Assembly (NCBI GenBank): GCA_045803545.1
Contig: JBJMOW010000005.1
Location: 832,001-896,000 of the forward strand
Source: Gemmatimonadaceae bacterium
Lineage (GTDB): Bacteria > Gemmatimonadota > Gemmatimonadetes > Gemmatimonadales > Gemmatimonadaceae
DNA: 64,000 bases
Direction of reading: 5' to 3'
Each line of letters begins with the position of its first letter. The stretch's first letter is position 1. The translations under genes were made by a program, and so were the position numbers. The notes below the pieces were generated by a model. It was not told the DNA's origin and searched no databases. It saw only the letters and a list, made by a program, of their open reading frames with translations. Below, one piece after another: positions 42,439 to 50,796 of this stretch.

Positions 42439-43290
42439 TTAGTAGATGTAGACCGGCGTGCCGACCGCGACCATCGGGTAGAGGCGCTCGATGTCTGCAT
42501 TGCGCATACGGACGCAGCCGTGGCTGACCGACTGTCCGATCGTTTCCGGATGGTCGGTGCCATGGATCCCGTACCCGTCTCCAAGCTCAAGGCGGCGGGT
42601 GCCAAGGACTCCCATATATCTGCGCGCTGTGGTGCCGTAGGGCGGCACAACGATGTTTCCATTGACGACGATCTCCTTGCCTTCAACCCCTCCACCTAAA
42701 GACACGGCTTGGCCGCTGGAGTAACGCCTGACGACCTCTCCGTTCTGGGTTGTGATGACGCCGCCATCGCCCGTCGGCAGTGCCTCGCCGGGATCCAGAT
42801 GAACAATACCAAGTCCTTTCTTGTGAGCCTGTTCGACGTAGTGCCAGTCGGGGGGAACCCAGGCCGGGTTCTCATCCTTTGCTTTCACCGTCAGCCGGCC
42901 GCGCGGGGTCTCGAATCTCCACTGCCCGTTCGATCCGCCAACGAGCTCTTTACCGCTACCCGTTGCCACCGGCGCCTCGAACAGAACCTCCTTGCCCTGC
43001 TTATACCAAAGGTGATGGTCCGCCATGCTGACCACGATGTACGGCTCGTTAGCCGCTTCCGCGGCGGTCTCGCTCATCAGCGACTTCAGGCTATCGGTCG
43101 TCATCCCGAGCTTGCCCTTGATCTCGTTGAGGACGCCGAGGTTGTCGTTGTAGACCATCCGGTTCACATCGCGCTCGTAACGAAGCTCGGCAGTTTTTGT
43201 CAGCAGCATTACGCTGAGAATCGCGGCGAGCACGAATCCGAAAACAAGCATCCAGACCGTTCGGCCGCCGTATGAAAAGATTTTGCTCAT
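42439..43290 (-). CDS. L,D-transpeptidase (YkuD family)
   Basis: PVATG, TPRG, YGIHGT...SHGCVRM catalytic motif. Confidence 0.92.
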   Translation of the reverse strand: MSKIFSYGGRTVWMLVFGFVLAAILSVMLLTKTAELRYERDVNRMVYNDNLGVLNEIKGKLGMTTDSLKSLMSETAAEAANEPYIVVSMADHHLWYKQGKEVLFEAPVATGSGKELVGGSNGQWRFETPRGRLTVKAKDENPAWVPPDWHYVEQAHKKGLGIVHLDPGEALPTGDGGVITTQNGEVVRRYSSGQAVSLGGGVEGKEIVVNGNIVVPPYGTTARRYMGVLGTRRLELGDGYGIHGTDHPETIGQSVSHGCVRMRNADIERLYPMVAVGTPVYIY

Positions 43291-43952
43291 TAGTAAAAGT
43301 ATACCTTCATACCAGCGCTAAGGTTCGGCATTATCGCCTTCATGTCCTCGCTGCTGATCCGCAGCGAACCAGGCGGGACCGGCGTCGAATCATTGGCGTT
43401 GCTCGCCGACAGGATTTGGGTGCCTCCATCGAGCACGATACGCGTGTCGCCCAGATCTGCAATCGTACGCTCACCCCGCGGCACCGCCTCCGGTGGAGCG
43501 CTGTCAGTCGCTGATGGTGTTCGCTCAGGGCCGAATTGCACTGGCATCTCGCGCAGCACGGCACCTTCGCGTGTGAGGTACATGCGCGAGCTGTCGACCG
43601 ACACGTTGAGATGGAGCCGCTTATCAAACTTGGCCTGACGTTTGGCGAGCTCGATGGCGATACGAAGCTTGTTCTGCTCCGATGCCACGATCGCGTCGGT
43701 GCGCTCGCGCTCAGCCGACGTCATGTGCTCGCGAAGCTGGGTGACGTCGTGGTTGTATTTCACGCGCTTCGCCATCAGCCAGCCATCGACCGCGATCATC
43801 GCGGCGAGGCCAAGACCGAGCACGAACACGAAGCCGGGATAGGCGCGACGAAAGTCTTTCCAGCTGCCGCGTCGGCGGTCACCTTCACTTGCACGGTCCG
43901 GCCGTCGTCTCGTCTCGGGGCCGGTCTCCTGTTTGGGTCTCAAGAAAGCCAT
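43290..43952 (-). CDS. YkuD-fold paralogue lacking catalytic His/Cys
   Basis: TM plus coiled coil, VSVDSSRMYL, VPRGERTI, GSLRI in place of GCVRM, terminal GMKVYFY. Confidence 0.7.
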   Translation of the reverse strand: MAFLRPKQETGPETRRRPDRASEGDRRRGSWKDFRRAYPGFVFVLGLGLAAMIAVDGWLMAKRVKYNHDVTQLREHMTSAERERTDAIVASEQNKLRIAIELAKRQAKFDKRLHLNVSVDSSRMYLTREGAVLREMPVQFGPERTPSATDSAPPEAVPRGERTIADLGDTRIVLDGGTQILSASNANDSTPVPPGSLRISSEDMKAIMPNLSAGMKVYFY

Positions 43953-44001
43953 CTCGGTCTGCGCGCCCTCTCGTCGGGGTAGGATTACATTACGGGATAT
44001 A

Positions 44002-45584
44002 ATGGCGAGCAGACAACAAGCGCGGCCAGTCGCGCTGATAGTACTCGATGGCTGGGGCTACCGCCCGCAAACTGAAGGAAACGCAATCGCACTCGCCAAC
44101 ACGCCCACCTGGGACGCGTTGTGGTCGCGCGGGTCGCGCACCTTGCTCGAAGCGTCCGGCCTCCGTGTCGGTCTGCCCGAAGGGCAAATGGGCAACAGCG
44201 AGGTCGGCCATCTCAATCTCGGCGCTGGTCGCGTGGTAATGCAGGATCTGGTTCGCATCTCCACTGCCATCACTGATGGCAGCTTTTACACCAACCCGGC
44301 GCTGGTGGGTGCATGCGACCAGGTCAAGAACAACGGCGGCACCCTTCATTTGATGGGTTTGATCGGTGCGGGCGGGGTGCATGCGATCGACACCCATCTA
44401 TTCGCGCTGATCGATCTTGCCAGGAAGCGGGGGGTGAAGCGCGTCGCCATCCACGCCATGCTCGATGGCCGTGACACGCTTCCGAAGTCCGCGCTCGGGT
44501 ACACTCAGGAGCTGCTGAAGTACATCAAGAAGGTCGGATCCCCGGCCAAGATCGCCAGCGTGTCGGGCCGGTATTACTCAATGGATCGCGACCGCCGCTG
44601 GGATCGTACCCAGTTGGCCTACCGAGCGATCGTACTCGGCGAAGGAACACCCGAGACCGATCCGCTCGAGGCAATTCGCCAGTCGTATTCCGCGGACAAG
44701 ACCGACGAGTTCATGCTGCCGGTGGTGATCGTCGAGAATGGGAAGCCGGTCGCCCCAATGCGCGACGGCGACGCCGTTATCTGCTTCAACTACAGATCGG
44801 ATCGCATGAGGCAGATTGTGGCCGCCCTGATCGATGCGGGAAGCGGGAAGCGGGAAGCGGGGCGAGCCATTTCGATGGGTTCGACGTTACGCGCGGTCCG
44901 AAAGTTTCTGTCACTACGCTCACGAATTACGACAAGACGTTTCCCGTTCCAGTCGCATTTCAGCCGACATCGATGGCGCGGATCCTGGCGGAGGTTCTCT
45001 CGTCGCAGGATCTCGGCATCCTGAAGACGGCGGAAACCGAGAAGTATCCGCACGTGACTTATTTCTTCAACGGCGGTGTCGAAGCGCCATTCCCGTGCGA
45101 GCAGCGGGTGCTTGTCCCAAGTCCCAAGGGGGTGGCGACTTACGATTTGGCGCCGGAAATGAGCGCGGCTGGTGTCACCGATGCGCTGGTGAAGGGTATT
45201 ACGACGAAGGAGTTCGACTTCATTCTTTGCAACTACGCCAACGCCGATATGGTGGGACACAGCGGATCGATCCCCGCGACGATAAAAGCCGTCGAGACAG
45301 TCGATCAATCGCTGGCGAGAGTACTCAAGGCGGCGGAGTCGGCGGGAATGCGACTGATCGTGACCGCTGATCATGGTAACGCGGAGATGTTGATCGACCC
45401 GGAGACGGGCGGGCCGCACACCGCGCACACCACCAATCCGGTGCCGTTTGTCGTAGTCGATTGGGAGCAGGAGACGCAACTACGCCCGGGCGGCGCGTTG
45501 TGTGATGTCGCGCCAACTATATTGTCGATGCTCGGTGTCGAGCAGCCGGCCGAGATGACCGGCGAAAATCTTGGAGTGGATTAA
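44002..45584 (+). pseudogene. gpmI: 2,3-bisphosphoglycerate-independent phosphoglycerate mutase, frameshifted at a heptamer repeat
   Basis: First frame: LDGWG, GNSEVGH, GRYYSMDRD, NYRSDR. After 44868, in the -1 frame: AETEKYPHVTYFFNGG, NADMVGH, TADHGNAE. Confidence 0.9.
44836..44862 (+). repeat. (GCGGGAA)3 GCGGGG tandem heptamer inside gpmI
   Basis: Direct reading of the sequence. Confidence 0.95.
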
Positions 45585-46271
45585 GTGAAAGTATTTGTCA
45601 GCGCGATCGCGCTTGCCGTATTTGCGACCGGTGTCGACGCCCAAGTCGGGCATCTTCCGCAGAACAGTCCGTATCGCGACCTCGAGACTTCGCAGGAGCT
45701 CACGTTCTTCGGTGGGCATTACCGAGCCGGAAAGGATCCGATCGGCATCGCTCCAGGTGACGGGTCGATGTTTGGCGCGCGCTATCTGGTGCACGTTGGC
45801 GGACCTGCGTTTCTGATGGCGCGCTGGTCGCACGTGAACAGCGATCGCTTGACGATCGATCCGACGAAGACCGGAACGGCGCGCCAGCTTGGCAGACGGA
45901 ATGTTTCAGTGAATCTCTACGACGTCGATCTCGCGCTCAATCTCACCGGCCAAAAGAGCTTTCATCACATTGTGCCGGTGATAAACCTCGGGGGAGGCGT
46001 AGCGAGCTGTAGTTGTTCGGTAGCAAATGATCCGTACACCTTCGGCACCCCGTTTGCGTTCACATTCGGTGGTGGGCTCAGGTACGTTCCCGGCGGAAGG
46101 TTTCAGCTGACGGCAGACTGGAACGACTATCTCTATCAACTGAAGTATCCGACGGCATACTACCTGGCGCCCACGGGCGGAACGGCGGCGGTTTCATCGA
46201 GCCAGGCCCGCTCTTTCTGGAAGGGCAATCGAGCACTGACGATCGGCGCTTCGCTGTTGTTCTTCCGGTAA
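45585..46271 (+). CDS. Outer-membrane beta-barrel (porin-like) hypothetical protein
   Basis: Signal peptide; PVINLGGG, FTFGGGLRY strands. Confidence 0.65.
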   Translation: MKVFVSAIALAVFATGVDAQVGHLPQNSPYRDLETSQELTFFGGHYRAGKDPIGIAPGDGSMFGARYLVHVGGPAFLMARWSHVNSDRLTIDPTKTGTARQLGRRNVSVNLYDVDLALNLTGQKSFHHIVPVINLGGGVASCSCSVANDPYTFGTPFAFTFGGGLRYVPGGRFQLTADWNDYLYQLKYPTAYYLAPTGGTAAVSSSQARSFWKGNRALTIGASLLFFR

Positions 46272-46311
46272 CCTGAACTTCCCTCGCAGCGGGGGAAGCT
46301 GCGGAGGAAGC

Positions 46312-46827
46312 ATGGAACGCGATTACGAGGACATCAGGTCTACCGACGAACTCAGCGACAACGAGCTACGCGCGCTGGTGCGTGACACCTTCGACCAGCA
46401 ACTTGCATTTGATCCCGACGATGTTCAGATCGCGGTAAAGTCGGGAGTCGTTTATCTCGGTGGCAGAGTCGGGACCGAGGAAGAGTTCCGTATCATCGAG
46501 CGAGTCGTCACCGATCTCGTGGGCCTCAAGAGCCTGCGCAATGAAATGGTCGTCGACCCCATTCGCCGTGCCGAGAGTCCGGAGGCTATCGACGAGCATC
46601 TGGTCGACGAAGAGCTGCACGAGGGCCTTTTGCTCGGCGACAGACCGCGCAACGAGGAGCCGGAAGCCGAGCATATCCGTGAGGATCTCCGGTCTGAGCT
46701 GTTTGGGACGACCGATGTCCAGAACTCAATTGCCAACGCAATTCCGTGGAATCCGCCGGACGGCCCGACGCCCGAGGGCCTGAGCGGCGACGACGCGAGC
46801 CCGAACGTGATGAACGACGAGCACTAG
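46312..46827 (+). CDS. BON domain protein, highly acidic
   Basis: IAVKSGVVYLGGRV...GLKSLRNEM; GGAGG RBS. Confidence 0.85.
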   Translation: MERDYEDIRSTDELSDNELRALVRDTFDQQLAFDPDDVQIAVKSGVVYLGGRVGTEEEFRIIERVVTDLVGLKSLRNEMVVDPIRRAESPEAIDEHLVDEELHEGLLLGDRPRNEEPEAEHIREDLRSELFGTTDVQNSIANAIPWNPPDGPTPEGLSGDDASPNVMNDEH

Positions 46828-46988
46828 CGGGAAGCGGGAAGCGGGAAGCGGGAATCGGGAAGCGGCAGGGGGCATACGGGAGGAGGGAGGCGTTGGGCGG
46901 GGGATGCGAGATGGGGATGCGAAGCTAGATTCTAGACCGCGTCCCCATTTTTTATCTCGCTTCCCGCTTCCCGCTTCCCGCCTCCCGC
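46827..46988. repeat. Palindromic heptamer element: (GCGGGAA)4+ / central hairpin / (TTCCCGC)3+
   Basis: Left arm starts in BON stop codon; core ATGGGGATGCG / CGCGTCCCCAT; right arm ends immediately before queD ATG. Confidence 0.9.
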
Positions 46989-47408
46989 ATGCCAGCTTCT
47001 CTCACTCGACGAGTCTCCTTCTCAGCGGCGCACCGCTACAGCAGGCCGGAGTGGGACGATGCTCAGAACACGGCCACGTTCGGAGCGTGTGCGTGGCCAA
47101 ACTTTCACGGGCATAGCTACGTCTGCGACGTAACGGTCAGCGGACCGATCGATGACAAAACCGGATTCGTCGTCGACCTCGGGGTGCTCGACAGGATACT
47201 CAAGGAGCAGGTGAAGGACCGATTCGATCATCGCAACATCAATCTCGACGTTGCGGAATTTGGTGACGGCAGACTCGTCCCAACCGGCGAGAACCTCGCG
47301 CGTTTCATCTTCGAGCGAGTGGACAAGGAGCTTCCCAAGCCGGCCAGGGTGATGCGCGTCACCGTCGGTGAAGACGACACACTGAGCGCCACCTACAACC
47401 GGGATTGA
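46989..47408 (+). CDS. queD: 6-carboxy-5,6,7,8-tetrahydropterin synthase / PTPS family
   Basis: FSAAH, C...HGHSY, GFVVDL, DHRNIN, PTGENLA. Confidence 0.85.
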   Translation: MPASLTRRVSFSAAHRYSRPEWDDAQNTATFGACAWPNFHGHSYVCDVTVSGPIDDKTGFVVDLGVLDRILKEQVKDRFDHRNINLDVAEFGDGRLVPTGENLARFIFERVDKELPKPARVMRVTVGEDDTLSATYNRD

Positions 47409-48748
47409 GTCGAATGTCGATTCATGGAACGCGCTCGTTGCGCGCTCTGATGTATCTCGTGTTGTCAGCCACACTTTCGTCGTGTGTGACGATGTCGCGA
47501 GTGGTGCGCCCCGCGTCCGGGCGCAACGATCTGGCTCGATTGATCGACTCGCTGACAGCGCAGCCGCAGTTTCGTGGCGGACACTGGGGCGTGCTGGTGG
47601 TGAACCCGCGTACAGCGGACACACTGTATTCACAGAACGCGGGTAAGTTGTTCATGCCTGCGTCCAACATGAAGATCATCACCTCGGCGACGGCGCTCAC
47701 GCTACTTGGCCCTGACTACACCTACAAGACGACCTTTCTCGTCGACGGGCCGGTACAGGATTCATTGCTCGACGGCGACCTGATCGTGATCGGTCGCGGC
47801 GATCCGACGATCAGCGACAACATGCGTGGTGTCGCCACAACTGTCATGGATGCGCTCGCCGATTCCATTCGCGCGCACGGCATCTCACAGATCACTGGCC
47901 GCCTCGTGCGCGTCGGCAACGCCTTCCCCGACTCCGTCCATGGCTATGGCTGGGAGTGGGACGATCTCGGCGAATACTACGGGTCGGGCGTCGACGAATT
48001 GATCTTCAACGAGGGAATGGCGCCAACCACGCCTCGCCCTCCACCGGACAGCGCCCGCGACAGCGCGTATTCAGGCCCAGCGAAGGATCCGGCGACGGGC
48101 TATCTCAACGCGTTGAACGACGCGCTCGTCCGCAAGCGAATTACGCTCGATGCCGGCGTTCTCGACAGCATTCTCCCGACGCCGATCAAGATGGACACGT
48201 TGTTCACGTTCACGTCGCTGCCGATGCGGAACATACTCCCGGCGCTTCTCAAGCCGTCACAGAACCAGATCGCGGAGATTTTGTTGAAGACGATCGGTCT
48301 GGAGCGCGGGGGCATGGGCACAGCAGACAGCGCGCGCAAGATTGTGGGCCAGCAGCTTCTGGCGTGGGGAGTGAACCCCGATGAGTTCGTGATTCGTGAT
48401 GGCAGCGGACTCTCCAGACACGATCTCGTGGCCCCGGAGACGCTGGTGCGTGTGCTCGATCGAATCCAGCAGGATACGGCCTTCGCCGTCTTTTACAATG
48501 CGCTGCCGATTGCCGGCGTCGACGGGACGCTCCAGGACAGAATGAAAGGCACCCCTGCTGAAGGAAACGCGCATGCGAAAACAGGCTCCATCTCCAACGC
48601 GCGGACCTTGTCCGGTTATGTGACGACAGCCGACGGAGAGCGGCTGATCTTCAGCATCATGGCCAGCAATTGGACCGGGCCGACTTCGGCGGTGACCAGC
48701 GTCGCCGATCAGATCGTAGCGGCGCTCGCCGCATACCGCACCCACTGA
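47405..48748 (+). CDS. dacB: D-Ala-D-Ala carboxypeptidase/endopeptidase PBP4 (S13)
   Basis: PASNMK (SxxK), SQN, DGSGLSR, KTG; start uncertain. Confidence 0.93.
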   Translation: MSRMSIHGTRSLRALMYLVLSATLSSCVTMSRVVRPASGRNDLARLIDSLTAQPQFRGGHWGVLVVNPRTADTLYSQNAGKLFMPASNMKIITSATALTLLGPDYTYKTTFLVDGPVQDSLLDGDLIVIGRGDPTISDNMRGVATTVMDALADSIRAHGISQITGRLVRVGNAFPDSVHGYGWEWDDLGEYYGSGVDELIFNEGMAPTTPRPPPDSARDSAYSGPAKDPATGYLNALNDALVRKRITLDAGVLDSILPTPIKMDTLFTFTSLPMRNILPALLKPSQNQIAEILLKTIGLERGGMGTADSARKIVGQQLLAWGVNPDEFVIRDGSGLSRHDLVAPETLVRVLDRIQQDTAFAVFYNALPIAGVDGTLQDRMKGTPAEGNAHAKTGSISNARTLSGYVTTADGERLIFSIMASNWTGPTSAVTSVADQIVAALAAYRTH

Positions 48749-48757
48749 GATAGTTCT

Positions 48758-50035
48758 GTGGCGCGTTTGCGCAGTGATCAGGAATCGCTGAAGCTCGCCG
48801 AAGCGAGCGAGCGCATCCTTGCCGACATCAAGCCGCTGGAGATCGAAGCCACCCCGCTACGCCAAGCGCTAGGCCGCGTGCTGGCGGAGGACATCTCGGC
48901 GACGGTGACGATGCCACCGTGGAGCAATTCCTCGATGGACGGTTACGCCGTGCGGTCAGCGGACATCACCCCGGTAATGACCGGCGAGAAGGTGAAGCTG
49001 CGAGTGGTGGGCACGATCGCCGCCGGCGATTTCGCCAAGCGGCCGATCAAGCGTGGGGAAGCGATGCGCATCATGACAGGTGCGCCCGTTCCGGACGGCG
49101 CCGATTCGGTGATTCGCAAGGAAGACACCGATAACGGCGTGGAGAAAGTAGAAATCCGGGACGCGCGCGATGTGTGGAAGAACATTCGGCCCGCCGGCGA
49201 GGACTACCAGCGTGGCGATGTTCTCGCCAAACGCGGGCACGCGATCAAACCCGCGCTTCTCGGCGTCCTGGCATCGACCGGCATCGGCAAGGTCAAAACC
49301 TTCAGGCGGCCGCAGGTAGCGATCGTCAGCTCGGGAGATGAGCTCGTAGATCTCGATGAGTTCGATCAGGTGGCGGACGGTAAGCGCATCGTTTCTACCA
49401 ACAGCTACACCCTCGAAGCGCTGACGCGAGCGGCGGGCGGAATTCCTTCCGATCTCGGCATTGCCGCCGACACCAAAGCGTCGCTGCGCCGAAAGCTGGA
49501 GAGCGCAGAAGGTTGCGATCTGATTCTGACTTCTGCCGGTGTTTCCGTCGGCGACATGGATCACACCCGCGACGTCATCGAAGAACTGGGCGGGGAGATA
49601 AAGTTCTGGAAGGTTAGAATGCGGCCGGGAGCGCCATTGGCCTTCGGGTTGTTGAACGGCACGCCCTGGATAGGCGTATCCGGAAATCCGGTTTCAGCGA
49701 TGGTGAGCTTCGAGCTTTTCGTCCGACCGGCACTTAGAAAGATGCAGGGCCATGCGGCGCTGTTTCGCCGCACTGTCACTGTCACCGTCGACGAAGACAT
49801 CAAGATCGCCGCTAAGCTGACTCACTTTCTGCGAGCGATTGTGACCCGCGGCGAGGACGGTACTCTAAGTGCACGACTGACCGGTCTGCAAAGCTCCGCC
49901 GCGCTGACTTCGATGGCGAAAGCAAATGCGTTGCTGATCGTTCCCGACAAATCGCCACAGGTGTCGAAAGGCTCGAAGCTCCACGCATTGATGCTCGATC
50001 AGAGTCTCGACGAGACTTCAGCGTTCTCTCTGTGA
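48758..50035 (+). CDS. moeA: Molybdopterin molybdotransferase
   Basis: SSMDGYAV, IMTGAPVP, SSGDEL, GVSVGD, GNPVS. Confidence 0.95.
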   Translation: MARLRSDQESLKLAEASERILADIKPLEIEATPLRQALGRVLAEDISATVTMPPWSNSSMDGYAVRSADITPVMTGEKVKLRVVGTIAAGDFAKRPIKRGEAMRIMTGAPVPDGADSVIRKEDTDNGVEKVEIRDARDVWKNIRPAGEDYQRGDVLAKRGHAIKPALLGVLASTGIGKVKTFRRPQVAIVSSGDELVDLDEFDQVADGKRIVSTNSYTLEALTRAAGGIPSDLGIAADTKASLRRKLESAEGCDLILTSAGVSVGDMDHTRDVIEELGGEIKFWKVRMRPGAPLAFGLLNGTPWIGVSGNPVSAMVSFELFVRPALRKMQGHAALFRRTVTVTVDEDIKIAAKLTHFLRAIVTRGEDGTLSARLTGLQSSAALTSMAKANALLIVPDKSPQVSKGSKLHALMLDQSLDETSAFSL

Positions 50036-50742
50036 GCGTGCCGGACTCGTCAGGAACGACCAAGCAAGAGGTTCTGCAGGGTAAAGCCCTGATCACGTCG
50101 CTGAAGCGACGGTTTCGCACCGCCGAGATTGAAGCGGTTGTCGGTGAACGGAGATACCAGATCCTTAAGCCGGCGAATCCCGACGATCTCATTCGCGAAG
50201 AAGATTTCGTAAAGGACGAGCGACTCCCATACTGGGCAGACATTTGGCCTTCGTCACTGATCCTCGCCGCCAAACTGCTCGAGACCGATGGTCGAGGTCT
50301 CACTGCACTGGAGCTCGGATGCGGCGCCGGCTTGTGCACCATCGCCGCGACGGCCGCCGGGTTCGAAGTGCTGTCGACCGATTACTACGAAGACGCGCTC
50401 GATTTCACTCGCGCCAATACGTTCACCAACCTCGGCGCAGAAACACGGACGACGCTGTTCGACTGGCGGCATCCGCCGGCCGATCTCGGTCGGTACGATC
50501 TGGTGTTCGCCTCGGACGTTCTGTACGAGCTGGAATACGCGAGACTGCTGCCTGAGATCCTGCGGCGTACGATGAGCGTCGATGGTTACGGACTCATCGG
50601 AGACCCAGGCCGTGTCGCCGCTCCCGCTTTCGTCGAGTCGTGCGCAGATAACGGACTCGTCGCCGAGAAGATCGAGACGCGACCGTTTGAGGCGGGCGAG
50701 ATCAGGCAGAGCATTGATATTTATCTGGTCAAGCGGGGATGA
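50032..50742 (+). CDS. Class I SAM methyltransferase (Methyltransf_16-like)
   Basis: PYWADIWPSS, LELGCGAG, ASDVLY. Confidence 0.88.
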   Translation: MSVPDSSGTTKQEVLQGKALITSLKRRFRTAEIEAVVGERRYQILKPANPDDLIREEDFVKDERLPYWADIWPSSLILAAKLLETDGRGLTALELGCGAGLCTIAATAAGFEVLSTDYYEDALDFTRANTFTNLGAETRTTLFDWRHPPADLGRYDLVFASDVLYELEYARLLPEILRRTMSVDGYGLIGDPGRVAAPAFVESCADNGLVAEKIETRPFEAGEIRQSIDIYLVKRG

Positions 50743-50796
50743 GGGATGAGGGATGGGTTTCGTGCACTCATCCCCCATCGCCTTATCCCCCATTCC
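50736..50796. repeat. (GGGATGA)-type heptamer palindrome between convergent genes
   Basis: GGGATGA GGGATGA GGGATGG ... TCATCCC CCATCGC CTTATCCC CCATTCC. Confidence 0.7.

Noticed and set aside
44830..44870. Classical programmed -1 ribosomal frameshift in gpmI
   Set aside because: There is no X_XXY_YYZ slippery heptamer at the junction; a change in repeat-unit number explains the shift more simply.
46860..46988. preQ1 riboswitch upstream of queD
   Set aside because: The region is fully explained by the heptamer palindrome, and I saw no preQ1 stem or A-rich tail.
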